Virus record (IMG/VR): IMGVR_UViG_3300037400_004093
Span: 2,591 to 66,590 of that record
Source of the DNA: a virus
Taxonomy: Duplodnaviria; Caudoviricetes
Length of the DNA stretch: 64,000 nt
Reading direction: 5' to 3' (one strand)
The position numbers and the translations under genes are program-made. Within the stretch, counting starts at the first letter, position 1. Each line of letters opens with the position of its first letter. Positions 37,887 to 49,057 of this stretch are shown here, in pieces. The notes under the pieces were generated by a model that was not told where the DNA came from, did not search any database, and saw nothing but the letters and a program-made list of their open reading frames with translations.

Positions 37887-38531
37887 ATGGAAAAAGTACC
37901 AGTTAAAATTGAAGTTGATGATAATATATTAAGTATTATTCCTAGAGATGAAGAAATAAAGGATAATTCTCAATATATTATTAAGATAAAAGGATTAAAA
38001 GGAATTAGTGGAATATACTATCCAGATTCGACTCATGTGATAACGACAGCTATCACTCCTATGTATTGTTCTTTAAAAAGTTTAATAGCTTTAACGGATA
38101 CTTTTAATATTCCAGAATCTAACTTATTATCTTATATAAAACATGCTTCTGAGGAAGCAGACTTTATATCTGGCGGAGAAGCAGACCCAGAAGATTTTGC
38201 CGTACAGCAATTTGTTAGATGTAGTGTAGCATTAAAATGTTTATTAAGAGCTTGCATGGATAAAACTATGAGTGGGGGCGGAACTTATACATTAGGCGAT
38301 GCCACATTAATCGATGCAACAAACAGTACTTCTTTTAAAAACTTAATTAATTTATTAAGAGATGCCTTGAAAAAATGGCAAGACGCTATCCGTGGATACT
38401 ATAACGAAGGCAGGGTTAAGCCTAAAGCTACACGTATCGGTCTTAAATCTTCTTCTAATTCTGAAGTCGGTTATATATCTGTTGATAGTATTCTTAATGA
38501 TGTTACTAGAACACCTCCTCAATGGAGTTAA
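37887..38531 (+). CDS. putative head-tail adaptor (neck) protein
   Basis: Position in the cluster; Ig-like start followed by a helical domain. Confidence 0.5.
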   Translation: MEKVPVKIEVDDNILSIIPRDEEIKDNSQYIIKIKGLKGISGIYYPDSTHVITTAITPMYCSLKSLIALTDTFNIPESNLLSYIKHASEEADFISGGEADPEDFAVQQFVRCSVALKCLLRACMDKTMSGGGTYTLGDATLIDATNSTSFKNLINLLRDALKKWQDAIRGYYNEGRVKPKATRIGLKSSSNSEVGYISVDSILNDVTRTPPQWS

Positions 38532-38549
38532 TGAATAGATAAGAAAGGG

Positions 38550-39023
38550 GTGCTCATTATTCAACCATTTGATGAACGAATCGTTAAAGATATAAATAAA
38601 TGGAGTTATCCTATATGGTTTATTATAAAAGATAATGATGTAGATTGCCCCTGTGTTAATTTTACGACTCATCAAGCAGATTCAAATTGTAAAAAATGTT
38701 TTGGTTTAGGGAAGAAAGTAAAATTAAGAAGAGTTATGGCCGCCCATCAAAATAATAGAGTAACTATTCGTGGTGATGGTATGGGGTCTGGCGAAATAGG
38801 AGTAATTTCTGTTTATTATACTTTAAAAGATGTAGAAGCTAGCGACGAAGATTTAATCTTAGACGGAGAACAATTAGACGTAATTCAACATGCATATGCT
38901 ATGAGATCTGATCATTCTGATCCTATATATTATAAATACGAAACTGCTCCTCAAAAAATGCGTGCTAAAAAAATAAAAGCTTCGATAAAAGAAACTTTAA
39001 AGGGAGCTGGATATGATGTCTAA
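38550..39023 (+). CDS. putative head-closure protein with a Zn-finger
   Basis: CPCV...CKKCFGLG; neck position. Confidence 0.5.
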   Translation: MLIIQPFDERIVKDINKWSYPIWFIIKDNDVDCPCVNFTTHQADSNCKKCFGLGKKVKLRRVMAAHQNNRVTIRGDGMGSGEIGVISVYYTLKDVEASDEDLILDGEQLDVIQHAYAMRSDHSDPIYYKYETAPQKMRAKKIKASIKETLKGAGYDV

Positions 39024-40053
39024 TATGTCTACATTATTAAATGTCGTCGTCGACAAACATGCTAACTTATTAATTGTAGGCAAGGGTGCTACAAATTACA
39101 AATTAAGACAAATAGGATATGAAACAAGTTATGACGATGTAATAAGACATTACGGATATTCAGATATATCTGAAGCATTTTTTGAAGCTCAAAAAATGGG
39201 TGCAAAATATATTTTTATACTTAATTTAATGAATCATTATGATTATTTAGAACTAGGCAATCTTATTGGAGAATTAGATTTTGCTTATATTGTTCCAGTT
39301 AGTATAAAAATATCCGATATAATTACTCTAACTAAAAAAGACACGCATATTAAAGTTTCAATTATTGCTTTTTTGTTATCCTATATATCATATAACAAAA
39401 CAGAGTCGGTAATAATAACAACAGATAAACATGCCAGCCTTTATGAAAATATTGATAGTTTCTTAAAAGATATGAAGCAAGCTGAAGATATATTTCTAAA
39501 AAGTTGCAATACAAAAATAAATAAAGAAAATGTGTTGTTTGTTACAAACAATTTAGTAAATACACAGTATGCAAATGCTTCATTAGCTGGTAGTTTATGC
39601 GCTGCCGATATTAATAGATACCCCGATAATAAATTTGGTCCTACAATATTTGATATTGATAGCTTTGATGATATCGGTAACTTTGCTTACTTTAAAGCAC
39701 ATAACGTAAAAAACACTACTGTTGAAAATTTAATTAATTACATAGAAGATAATTCTGCTATTAAAATTCATTTTATAAGTAGAATTATGAAATTGATAAA
39801 AAGAGAACTAGAAATTGAAAATATTATAGGCAAATACTTTAATGCTTATCATAAAACAATAGTAAAAAATCAATTAGAGAATTATTTAAATAAATTGATG
39901 AACTATGTAATATATAATTATCAAATAAATTCTATTAGCGCCTATAAAGATATAAACAAACCAGGCGTAATAATTATTAATGTAGATTTTGATATCTGGC
40001 CAATAAATTGTTTGGAAAAATGTCATTTATCTTTGGGAAGGTCGGTGCATTAA
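39013..40053 (+). CDS. short sheath-like protein (possible sheath initiator)
   Basis: LLIVGKG start and RIMKLIKREL...IGKYF...YQI C-terminus recall sheath domains. Confidence 0.4.
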   Translation: MMSNMSTLLNVVVDKHANLLIVGKGATNYKLRQIGYETSYDDVIRHYGYSDISEAFFEAQKMGAKYIFILNLMNHYDYLELGNLIGELDFAYIVPVSIKISDIITLTKKDTHIKVSIIAFLLSYISYNKTESVIITTDKHASLYENIDSFLKDMKQAEDIFLKSCNTKINKENVLFVTNNLVNTQYANASLAGSLCAADINRYPDNKFGPTIFDIDSFDDIGNFAYFKAHNVKNTTVENLINYIEDNSAIKIHFISRIMKLIKRELEIENIIGKYFNAYHKTIVKNQLENYLNKLMNYVIYNYQINSISAYKDINKPGVIIINVDFDIWPINCLEKCHLSLGRSVH

Positions 40054-40058
40054 ACTTT

Positions 40059-40751
40059 ATGAGAGTAAATATGTTTGAAGCTATGCTACAAAGGAAATCT
40101 GATATGTCAGCTGAATTCTTCAAAAAAATGCACCCAAAAGAAGAAGACATTACTTATCCTGATCATAAAACAAAAGCCAATAAAGGTGCTACTTTATACG
40201 ACTTAATTGAAATGATCAGTATGTTGGTAACCAAATCCATGAAAAAAGATAATGTAACATTCTATCCAGATGAAGGTGGTAGACCTATAAACGATATTTC
40301 TGTCGCTATAGAACATCCTATGATTTATTATAAAATAATTTCTCGAGAACCTAAAGATGAATTAAAACCTAGGTCAAGAGAAGATATTGTAGAAATAACT
40401 GATAAAGATAGTGGCGAAAAGCGTATAGGTCGTATTTGGGGCGCCAGACAAAAATGTGTCGTGCAATTTGACATATTAGCTTGTGATTATAAACAAGCTG
40501 ACAAAACCATGAATGATTTTGAAGATTTAATTTTTAACTATACTGGATATTTAAAAGAAAATGGTGTAGCCGAAATAATCTTTAAAAAGCATTTTACAGA
40601 TACCAATTATGATATATTCAGACAATCTATTTCAGTAAGAAGTCTGCAATATTATGTTGAAATAGAAAAACATATAGTAGAATTCTTTTCAACTATAAAT
40701 GGTGTACTCATTGAACAAGTTGATAATAATTCAATTAATTCAAAAAATTAA
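40059..40751 (+). CDS. putative tail terminator/completion protein
   Basis: Directly before the sheath gene; start codon uncertain. Confidence 0.45.
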   Translation: MRVNMFEAMLQRKSDMSAEFFKKMHPKEEDITYPDHKTKANKGATLYDLIEMISMLVTKSMKKDNVTFYPDEGGRPINDISVAIEHPMIYYKIISREPKDELKPRSREDIVEITDKDSGEKRIGRIWGARQKCVVQFDILACDYKQADKTMNDFEDLIFNYTGYLKENGVAEIIFKKHFTDTNYDIFRQSISVRSLQYYVEIEKHIVEFFSTINGVLIEQVDNNSINSKN

Positions 40752-40761
40752 GGAGGACAAA

Positions 40762-43704
40762 ATGAGTAACAGTATTTTTAACAATGATGACAATTTACCT
40801 GGCGTCTACATAGAAGTTCAAGACAATACCGGTTATAAATATGATACATCTTTGTTTGGCACTACTGATTCTATTGTAGTTATTGGTACAGCTTTTAATG
40901 GTCCTGTAAACCAGCCAGTAGCTATTTATAATCCAGAGCATGCAAAGTATGTATTCGGTGCTGTTTTTGATCCTATTAAGCGTCAGGAAGCATCTTTGAT
41001 GGCAGGTATTCAGGATGCATGGGATCGTGGATGTCGTACAATTTACGGTGTTCGTATTAGTGGTAAAGACATGCATAAAGATTTCCATTTCTGCACTGAT
41101 ACTATGAATCGTATCCGCTTAAGTTCTGCTTTCCCTTCCAATATTACTAAGGATTGTTATATCAGATATGATAATACTCCAGGTAATGAGACAATTTATC
41201 TTTATAAGCCTGCTTCTCGTGCAACTATTGCTGAACGCAAACGTGGTGACGTTAAGTCTGCAAATTCTATTCTCGTAAAGGAAATTAAACTTGCTCAATC
41301 TTACGGATACAATTCAAATACACCTCTTGTCGAAGTTATTCGTATGTTGAATCAGACTGATAGCAATAATGTTATTGTTTTAACTATTGTAGATAGAGAC
41401 GGTAAGAATATTACTAATTCCACTGAAGCTTATAATATTCCATTGGGTGCATTGCTCCCAGGTGTATACTTCATTGGTCGTGATCATTCCGAATGTCTGC
41501 CTATTACTTCTACTAAGTTATTAATGGCTAGTGAAAATAGTGATAAAGTTCCTTATGATAACTTCGAGGATATTTATTTCCGTTCTTTAGAGATTAACAC
41601 CGATGTTCGTCGTGATTATCCTATTTACTTCGATAGCGCTCGTCGTAAGGAATTTGCTTCTTACGTTCGTGACTGTGGTGTTATCATGAGTACTCCATGG
41701 GATTTCTTAGAAGTAACTGGTGCTGCTGATGTAGTATTCTCTAAGGATAAAGTAGATTATGAAGAGACTAAGCTTTCTACTTTCGATATCTATAAACGTC
41801 TGGGTAATGGCTATACTATTACTGCTGTAGCTGAGAAGCGTGGTGTCGGAGCAGATGGTAAAGATCTCCCACCTAGAATTAGAGAAGCAAACGTTAAAGA
41901 TATTGCTCGTATGAAGTATATCGATGAAGGTACTTATAGTGCTATTGAAAGTGCTGAGATTAAATATCGTGTTCTTACTCATGTAGGTGCCGATACTAAG
42001 ATTTCTGCAAAGCTCCCTAAGCCAGCAGATTTCTTAAAGACTAGTCAGGAAAGTCTTTCTGTATTGAATGATTATATGACTCTTACTACTAAGGTAGCAG
42101 AGGATGACTTTACTAAATCTAAGGCTTATAAGGTAACATTCAACAAGATTACTAGTCCTGCTTCTGATACTTCTGAAGACATTTATGCCGGCGAAGTATT
42201 TACTATTGCTGATACTGTTGATGATATTGCTAAGATTATTCCAGAAGAAGTTGAGAATGATACTTTCATTATGATCATCGATGGCACAAATGATAACAAG
42301 CTGGTAAAGGTATTAGATGACGTTGTTACTATCATTAATGATTTGAATTATGTCGGCAATCATTTTATCGTAGGCAATAAGTTATATGTCGGCGATGTTG
42401 ATAGTTCTAGCAATTTAATTTTCGTAGAAGAGAACTTTACATTTAATAGCGGTACTTCTAACTATGAATATACTGATCGTTTAGGTACTGGCTATGAGTA
42501 TGTTCTTGGTGAAGCTTTAGATACTGTATTCGTATTTCAGCCAGTTGCTGCTAATGAGATTACTCCTCTTGGCGACGTTAATACTATGTTTGGCAAGAGT
42601 GAGTCTGATGAAGCAGCTATGTTACTTACTTTCGCAGAATCTATGCCTTTCAAGGATTACAACACTGTAAATATTAATTCCGCATATTTCGATAGTATGA
42701 CTCTCGAAGAGTTGGTAACTGCTATTAATGACCATCCAGTTCTTAATCAGCTCTTTACCGCTTCTTTAACTCCTCTTGGAGCAGAAGTTAAAGATTATAT
42801 CGTAGATAGTTCTAATGTAGCCGATACTGAACTTGGCAAGACTTATGTTTTGACTACAGATCGTACTACTGGTTATGACTATACTATGCATATTCCTTAT
42901 CGTACTACTGATAACTTTGCTAGACAGCTTGCTCAGCATTGTACTTATACTGAGTTAAAGACTTGCCCAACTCATGGCCTTATCGGTTTCGATCGTCAGA
43001 CTGATTCTAGCTTAGTTGGTCTTTCTAAGAAAGTAGATCTTCTGTCTAGATATGACTATGATATGTTTGCTAAGAACGCTATCGGTCAGAACATGTTAAA
43101 CAAAAACAACGAACCTTATGATGTAGGTCGTAATGTATCTTGTGTATTTGGTCAGTATCTGATTACTGTAGGCGATGAAAACTATACTTATCTTTCTCAG
43201 GGCGCTCCTGGTTATGCTGGTATGGTATCTATTCTCCCTCTTGATCAGAGCTCTACTAACCAGAGTATCAATCTTTCTTCCTTAACCTTTAATCTTACTA
43301 CTTCTCAGCTTACTAAGTTGACTGCTGCTGGTATCGTAACCTTTAAAAATTCCGTAAAGAAGGGTATTGTCGTTACTGATGGTATTACTATGGCTCCTGC
43401 TACTTCTTCTTTCCGTCGTCTTGCTTGCAGTCGTATTATGCATGCCGTAGAAGATCTGATTCGTCAGGAAGCAGAAGTATTTATCGGTAAGCAGAACCAT
43501 GCTGCAAACAGAGATGCTTTACATACTGCGATTAAGTCTGCTTTAGATAAGTTAGTTAATACTTTGATTGAAAAGTATGAGTTCAGTTTATCTACCGATC
43601 CAAATGCTCTGAAGTTTACCTATATCGATATTAATTATACTATTGTACCTATTAATGAGATTAGGGAAATTAACAACTACATTTCAGTTCAGGATGAACT
43701 TTAA
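40762..43704 (+). CDS. tail sheath protein
   Basis: AGGAGG RBS; LPGVYIEV..., IGTAFNGPVNQPV N-terminus and RIMHAVEDLIRQEAEVFIGKQN sheath C-terminus. Confidence 0.88.
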   Translation: MSNSIFNNDDNLPGVYIEVQDNTGYKYDTSLFGTTDSIVVIGTAFNGPVNQPVAIYNPEHAKYVFGAVFDPIKRQEASLMAGIQDAWDRGCRTIYGVRISGKDMHKDFHFCTDTMNRIRLSSAFPSNITKDCYIRYDNTPGNETIYLYKPASRATIAERKRGDVKSANSILVKEIKLAQSYGYNSNTPLVEVIRMLNQTDSNNVIVLTIVDRDGKNITNSTEAYNIPLGALLPGVYFIGRDHSECLPITSTKLLMASENSDKVPYDNFEDIYFRSLEINTDVRRDYPIYFDSARRKEFASYVRDCGVIMSTPWDFLEVTGAADVVFSKDKVDYEETKLSTFDIYKRLGNGYTITAVAEKRGVGADGKDLPPRIREANVKDIARMKYIDEGTYSAIESAEIKYRVLTHVGADTKISAKLPKPADFLKTSQESLSVLNDYMTLTTKVAEDDFTKSKAYKVTFNKITSPASDTSEDIYAGEVFTIADTVDDIAKIIPEEVENDTFIMIIDGTNDNKLVKVLDDVVTIINDLNYVGNHFIVGNKLYVGDVDSSSNLIFVEENFTFNSGTSNYEYTDRLGTGYEYVLGEALDTVFVFQPVAANEITPLGDVNTMFGKSESDEAAMLLTFAESMPFKDYNTVNINSAYFDSMTLEELVTAINDHPVLNQLFTASLTPLGAEVKDYIVDSSNVADTELGKTYVLTTDRTTGYDYTMHIPYRTTDNFARQLAQHCTYTELKTCPTHGLIGFDRQTDSSLVGLSKKVDLLSRYDYDMFAKNAIGQNMLNKNNEPYDVGRNVSCVFGQYLITVGDENYTYLSQGAPGYAGMVSILPLDQSSTNQSINLSSLTFNLTTSQLTKLTAAGIVTFKNSVKKGIVVTDGITMAPATSSFRRLACSRIMHAVEDLIRQEAEVFIGKQNHAANRDALHTAIKSALDKLVNTLIEKYEFSLSTDPNALKFTYIDINYTIVPINEIREINNYISVQDEL

Positions 43705-43807
43705 TATATAAGAAAAAATTATTCAATATTTAGTATATAGATTAATGGAGAAATCTATTAAACGGATTTCTCCATATCTATAAATTTTAAGGAGTGAAAA
43801 TATAAAG

Positions 43808-45525
43808 ATGGCAACAGGTTATCAGACAGCATCTGCTTATACTCGTACTTATACCAGTTTTAGTGGGTGTGACATTGTCGCAACTTTCGCTGGTGTGGTG
43901 ATCGGCGAATTACAAGCTATTACATATAGCGTTCAAAGAGAAAAAGCACCGATTAACCTATAGTGTAGGTCGGACTAGTGTAAAATATGGATAGCACTAG
44001 AAGGAAATGCGGAAAAAATCTGGAAGGCTAAGTTTTATTTATATAATAAAATATGTTAATCAGAGGTGAAGGTTTATATATATTAACCAGCCGCAACGCA
44101 TAGTTCTTGAAATAATAGAACCAAGAGGCCGCATCAATCTCCATATAAATTGATTGAAAAGATATGCTAAACTTATATGAAAATATAAGATATAGAATGT
44201 AAAAATATTCTATGATAATAGTTATTCGCTATACAATGGGTTCTGCTGAACCACGTTCTTTCTCCAGAGGTTTATCTAACGCAAGCCTCGCGGCATAGTA
44301 ATATGTCGAATAATATATTCCGTGAATTGCTGGAAAACCGTAACATATAATTAGTACCAATATGTCGGCAATCAGCAGCCTAATCTTTTTTTTAAAAGAT
44401 AGGTTCAACGACTAATCCATTATGGCTCGAGAACTAAAATAAATGAGCATTAGATGTAGGTCCTATTCAAAACGAATTAAAATAGGAGAGTGAAATTCTC
44501 TTAAATCGAAGTGCGGAACATCTTAAAAAACAAAAAGATGAAGATATAGTCTAATCCTTTAAGACAATTAAAGGTATTAATGAAGCGCGGTATTGCAGGT
44601 ACTTTAGTATTTACCGTATTTGATCATGATGCATTAATTAATGCTTTGGAACAGCATGTGGATATGTCTTCCTTCCAGCGTATTGGTGGCAATGCTAATA
44701 TGCAGGCAATGGATATCACTGAATGGGATAAGGCATTAACCAATATGATTACTAATCAGACCGATTCTGCTCAGATTACTCAAGATATCGCTCGTAATTG
44801 GGATGGGAAGGAAGATAGTAATAATGTAAATATCTTAAATTCTAAAAATGGTGCTGTTAATTCTGGTAAAGCAGATACTAAGCATACTAAGATTTACTAT
44901 GCAGATGAAATTCCTCCATTAAAATATCTAGTGGCCTAACTAAGTGATTAGTTAGAGAAAAGTTACTTAATTGCTGGAAACTCTTTATATAATAAAGACA
45001 ATCAGCAGCCAATTCTTTAATTTCATAAAGAAAGGTTCAACGACTATGCAGGAATGCAGTACACTTAAGTAAGTGGAAAGAGTAACTGTCTTTTATAAGA
45101 TAATAATATAGTCTGATCTCATAAGTAATTATGAGTCCTTTATTAATATAGGATAATAAATTTAACGTATTTATTATAACGATAATGTTGATATTACTAT
45201 CAGTTTTGCTAACGAGTATGGACAGAATGCTCGTGTCGTAATTTATTCTGTAGAAATCTTGAATGAAGGTTCTGGTTTCAGTATTGATAATGTATCTTCT
45301 GAAAAGGCTTGTACTTTTGTAGCCCGTCGTGTTGACTACATGAAAGCTGTTGTAAAGGGTGGTACCACTACTGGTGGCAATACTGTCAATACCAATACTG
45401 GTGGCAGCAATAACCAGAAACAGACCACTGATAACTCTAACAAGCAAGCTATTAATGGTCCAGCTACCCCTCAGACTAACAATGCAATTTTTGAGGGCGG
45501 TAAAGACGGTATGATTAGAGTTTAA
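43808..45525 (+). CDS. tail tube protein, 4 exons, 287 aa after splicing
   Basis: Join 43808-43953, 44229-44271, 44583-44919, 45188-45525 (864 nt): SFSGCDIVA...REKAPI|YTMGSAEPRSFSRG|KRGIAGTLVF...DEIPPF|DITISFANEYG; aligns by eye with the intact paralog at 45639. Confidence 0.9.
43954..44228 (+). mobile_element. group I intron tube-I1 (275 nt)
   Basis: P1: exon CCGAU pairs with IGS GUCGG; P7 CAACGCATAG/AAGATATGCT. Confidence 0.87.
44272..44582 (+). mobile_element. group I intron tube-I2 (311 nt)
   Basis: P1: exon GAGGU pairs with IGS GCCUC; core TTCAACGACTA/GAAGATATAGTCT. Confidence 0.87.
44920..45187 (+). mobile_element. group I intron tube-I3 (268 nt)
   Basis: P1: exon CCAU pairs with IGS GUGG; core TTCAACGACTA/ATATAGTCT. 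Confidence 0.87.
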
Positions 45526-45638
45526 TATATTATATAGTATAAACAGAATATAATATAGTTATATATTTTTTATAGAGAAAGCTGATATTATATCAACTTT
45601 CTCTATTTATTTATAAAGGATAGAGAGGAGAAATAGAT

Positions 45639-47264
45639 ATGCCAGGACAGTTACCTCCTGCATTAATAGAAGCGGCAGGAAAAATAGGGCAAACAGTGAT
45701 GAGTGTTGTAGCACGAGGATTACCTTCTGCAGCTGAAAGAACATATGGTACAGGAGTAGGCAGAAATATAATTACCAATTGGAATAATCTTAGTGCTAAA
45801 GCAAAAGAATTAGTTACTAATGATGCAACCAAGATGGTGGCAAAAGAATTAGGAATAGAATTAGCTGTTGACGAAATAGCTAGTGTGGTAGAGAATTTTC
45901 TAGCGAAAAACGGAACAAAATTGCCTTCAGGCATAGCAGAAACTGGAGCAATAAAAGGCCCCTCTGAGTTAAGTTCTGTTAGTACGTTTATTCCTCCCGT
46001 TGGATTTGGAGGCAATGGAGAATCTGGAGTAAATGAATATATTAGAAAAAGATATTCTTATTCCGGACATGATATGGTATGTTCCATTATTATGCCAATG
46101 CCTGATGGAAGTGGAACAATTACTAAAGTTATAGGTGAATTACAGCATATTACCTATTCTATTCATGAAGAAAAGAGTTTAATAAGAAATTTAGGAAACA
46201 TGAATCCTCGAGGATATGTATTTGGTCCTAGAACTATTGCAGGAACTATGGTATTTAGCGTATTTTATCGTCATTTTGCTTTAGAATTAATGAAAGAGTA
46301 TACAGACAAAAAAGGAATGACGACACATTTTCTAATGGATGAACTCCCTGAATTTGATTTAGTGATTTCCTGTGCTAATGAATATGGAGATAAATCAGTA
46401 TTAGTAATATATGGAATTACCTTAGTAAATGAAGGCCAAGTGATGTCTATTAATGATGTTTATACAGAAAATACTTATGAATATTATGCTAAAGATATAG
46501 ATTATCTTACTGAAGTTACAGATAAGGCTACAAGTTCTAAAAAAGAAAATAAAACTGAAAAACCTATTATTGTGGATGAAAAAAATGATGATAACTCTGC
46601 AGAAGATTCTGGTTTTTTTGAATTCTTAAAAGATAGTTCTAAAGAATCGGATAAAGAAGATAATTCTGAAAAACCAATAGAAGAAGAATCAAATTCTATA
46701 ATGGATTATTTATCTAATACACTGAATTCTATATCAGAAGAACTTCCATCTTTAAATGATTTTGTTGCGCCGATAAAACAATTAACAGATAAAACAGATA
46801 ATTTAGTGAATAACATATTGCCAGAACAATTTTCTTTGATTGATAGAGCCAATAGTAATGTTCAAAATAAAATCAATGAAATGACTGATAAATATGAAAA
46901 CGAAAAAAAATTTATAGAAAATGAAATAGACACAAATATAATAGACCCAGATAAAGGTAATCAATTATTAGAAGAATTAAAGAAAAATTATGATGAAGGA
47001 AAAGAAGCTTTATTATATGATTATAACAATTATAAAGACAATATCATAGAAAATAATCGACAGAAACTAGATTCTTATTGCGAGCAAATAAATAAAGGCA
47101 TAAAAGAGGAATACGATAAACAAATCGATAAACTTTTAGAAGAAGGAGAAATACTTCAAGATAAAGCTGACAAGATTAGATATGATCTGTATAATTCTTA
47201 TAATCAGAAAAAAGAAGAATACCAAACTAAATTTAATGAGGCTCTAGATAGTCTGAAAATTTAA
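45639..47264 (+). CDS. tail tube paralog with N- and C-terminal extensions
   Basis: YSYSGHDMV...IGELQHITYSIHEEK...GPRTIAGTMVF...LPEFDLVISCANEYG. Confidence 0.75.
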   Translation: MPGQLPPALIEAAGKIGQTVMSVVARGLPSAAERTYGTGVGRNIITNWNNLSAKAKELVTNDATKMVAKELGIELAVDEIASVVENFLAKNGTKLPSGIAETGAIKGPSELSSVSTFIPPVGFGGNGESGVNEYIRKRYSYSGHDMVCSIIMPMPDGSGTITKVIGELQHITYSIHEEKSLIRNLGNMNPRGYVFGPRTIAGTMVFSVFYRHFALELMKEYTDKKGMTTHFLMDELPEFDLVISCANEYGDKSVLVIYGITLVNEGQVMSINDVYTENTYEYYAKDIDYLTEVTDKATSSKKENKTEKPIIVDEKNDDNSAEDSGFFEFLKDSSKESDKEDNSEKPIEEESNSIMDYLSNTLNSISEELPSLNDFVAPIKQLTDKTDNLVNNILPEQFSLIDRANSNVQNKINEMTDKYENEKKFIENEIDTNIIDPDKGNQLLEELKKNYDEGKEALLYDYNNYKDNIIENNRQKLDSYCEQINKGIKEEYDKQIDKLLEEGEILQDKADKIRYDLYNSYNQKKEEYQTKFNEALDSLKI

Positions 47265-47290
47265 TATACACGATGGAGAAATAAGATATT

Positions 47291-49048
47291 ATGTTAGATT
47301 TCCCGATATATTTTAAACGTCAATATGACGACAAATTAGAATTACATATTAATAGCTTTAAAGATGAACACAATACTTTATATTATTTTTTACAGGGAAG
47401 TGATGTAATCAATGAAATAGAACTCACTTCTTCAAAAATCATATTAGAAAAAATAGACAAAGCTGGAATATATAATTTTTATACTAAAGGAAGTTTAAGT
47501 AAATCTAAAACAATGAAATTATATTTCCATAAACTTAGACCCAATGAAATATTTGATATCATATTAAAAGAAAATAACATATTAGATGGTAAAGATGATG
47601 GTTGGAAAAATAAATACGTAAATACAATAAAAAGGCAATTCGTCGACAATCCAGAAAAACCATTGATAGAATATATTATAGATTTATTTAAAACAGTAGA
47701 AGATATAGAAGATGATGAAATATTATTCTTTTATTCATTAATCTACGGAACACAAACATATTTAAATAATTTAAGTTATGCTATGAATCTTTCTACTGGG
47801 TATACTAATACTCCATACTATAATGGAGAATTTAATATAAACTTTAAGAACCATGTAGAATCTGTATCTTTATTCGCCTATGATTGTGATATTAAACAGT
47901 ATAGATATGAATCTCATGTCATAACTAAAGAATCATATAGAATTAATAGCTGTAATGATGTCTTATATAAGATTCTATTAAAGTCACAAGACAATAGTAT
48001 TTGCGGGCAATTTTATTATTATCAGTTTAACGATAAATATTCTTCAGAATTGTGGCATAATCATAAAGATAGATTAGATGACTTAAAAAATAATGTAATA
48101 GGCAATATAAATTTATCCAGTTATTTAACTACGTTATCTGATGCAGAAAAGATATATTATTTAAAAGAAAAATATATTGAGCCGCAAAATAAAATATGTT
48201 CACATTTAGAAATAGTAAAGAATTGTGATTATGTTGAAGTATTTACTAAAGATTATGATTTTGTAAAAGAAGCAAATAAAAAGTATTATGTTACTACTAT
48301 CGAAGATGATGTTATGACAGAAGATATATATAGACATAATACTGAAATAACTAATAGTATAGTCAGAATAGACAAAACCGAAAATTATATGAGCGGAAAT
48401 ACTTTATTTTTTATAACGGACTCTGAAGGAGCAATAATTAGTCCCATTACTAGATTTAATGTATCAGATAGTGAAGATATGATCGAATATAATACTAATA
48501 AGTCAATGGTAGATTTCGAAATATATAAAAATCATTTAACGGATACATTAAAATCATTGATGCCGGAAGCTATACCATTTATTACTGATAGAATATTATA
48601 TTTATATAATAAAACTGATTTTAATATAGATGAATTATATGAGAACTTAATTTTGGAAGTCATAATATATTATGTCGACAGACAAAAGATGACAAATATA
48701 ATTTATGCTATATTATATGATTATATATCATATTTTGAACATGGTCCTTATATTATAAATGATAAAGTCAAATATGCTTATTCCAGAGATATATTTACTT
48801 TTCCTGTAAATAATGAAAATGAGTATGTAGTATGTGTGGGTATATTGGATAATGAAAATAATTATATTAAACAATACTATCATTCTAAGAATACAGGGTT
48901 ATCTATAGAAACTAGAGATAATATGTTTTCATGGATGTTCGCTATCGATTTAAAGGATTATAGTTTAAGTGGGTTTATTTTAATAGATTCTAGAAATCAC
49001 GTTAATCCTACAATTTTGACAGACAATATTCAGATTGAAAGGATGTGA
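47291..49048 (+). CDS. hypothetical protein (tail module)
   Basis: 585-aa AT-rich ORF, GGAG RBS. Confidence 0.6.
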   Translation: MLDFPIYFKRQYDDKLELHINSFKDEHNTLYYFLQGSDVINEIELTSSKIILEKIDKAGIYNFYTKGSLSKSKTMKLYFHKLRPNEIFDIILKENNILDGKDDGWKNKYVNTIKRQFVDNPEKPLIEYIIDLFKTVEDIEDDEILFFYSLIYGTQTYLNNLSYAMNLSTGYTNTPYYNGEFNINFKNHVESVSLFAYDCDIKQYRYESHVITKESYRINSCNDVLYKILLKSQDNSICGQFYYYQFNDKYSSELWHNHKDRLDDLKNNVIGNINLSSYLTTLSDAEKIYYLKEKYIEPQNKICSHLEIVKNCDYVEVFTKDYDFVKEANKKYYVTTIEDDVMTEDIYRHNTEITNSIVRIDKTENYMSGNTLFFITDSEGAIISPITRFNVSDSEDMIEYNTNKSMVDFEIYKNHLTDTLKSLMPEAIPFITDRILYLYNKTDFNIDELYENLILEVIIYYVDRQKMTNIIYAILYDYISYFEHGPYIINDKVKYAYSRDIFTFPVNNENEYVVCVGILDNENNYIKQYYHSKNTGLSIETRDNMFSWMFAIDLKDYSLSGFILIDSRNHVNPTILTDNIQIERM

Positions 49049-49057
49049 TAATTAGAG

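Noticed and set aside
23067-45187. Inteins or group II introns as an explanation for the split genes
   Set aside because: The inserts contain stop codons, have U|...G boundaries and P7 motifs, and lack a domain V or C...HN intein ends.
44580-45525. ORFs 44580, 45037 and 45259 as independent genes
   Set aside because: 44580 and 45259 are tail-tube exons; 45037 is an antisense shadow.
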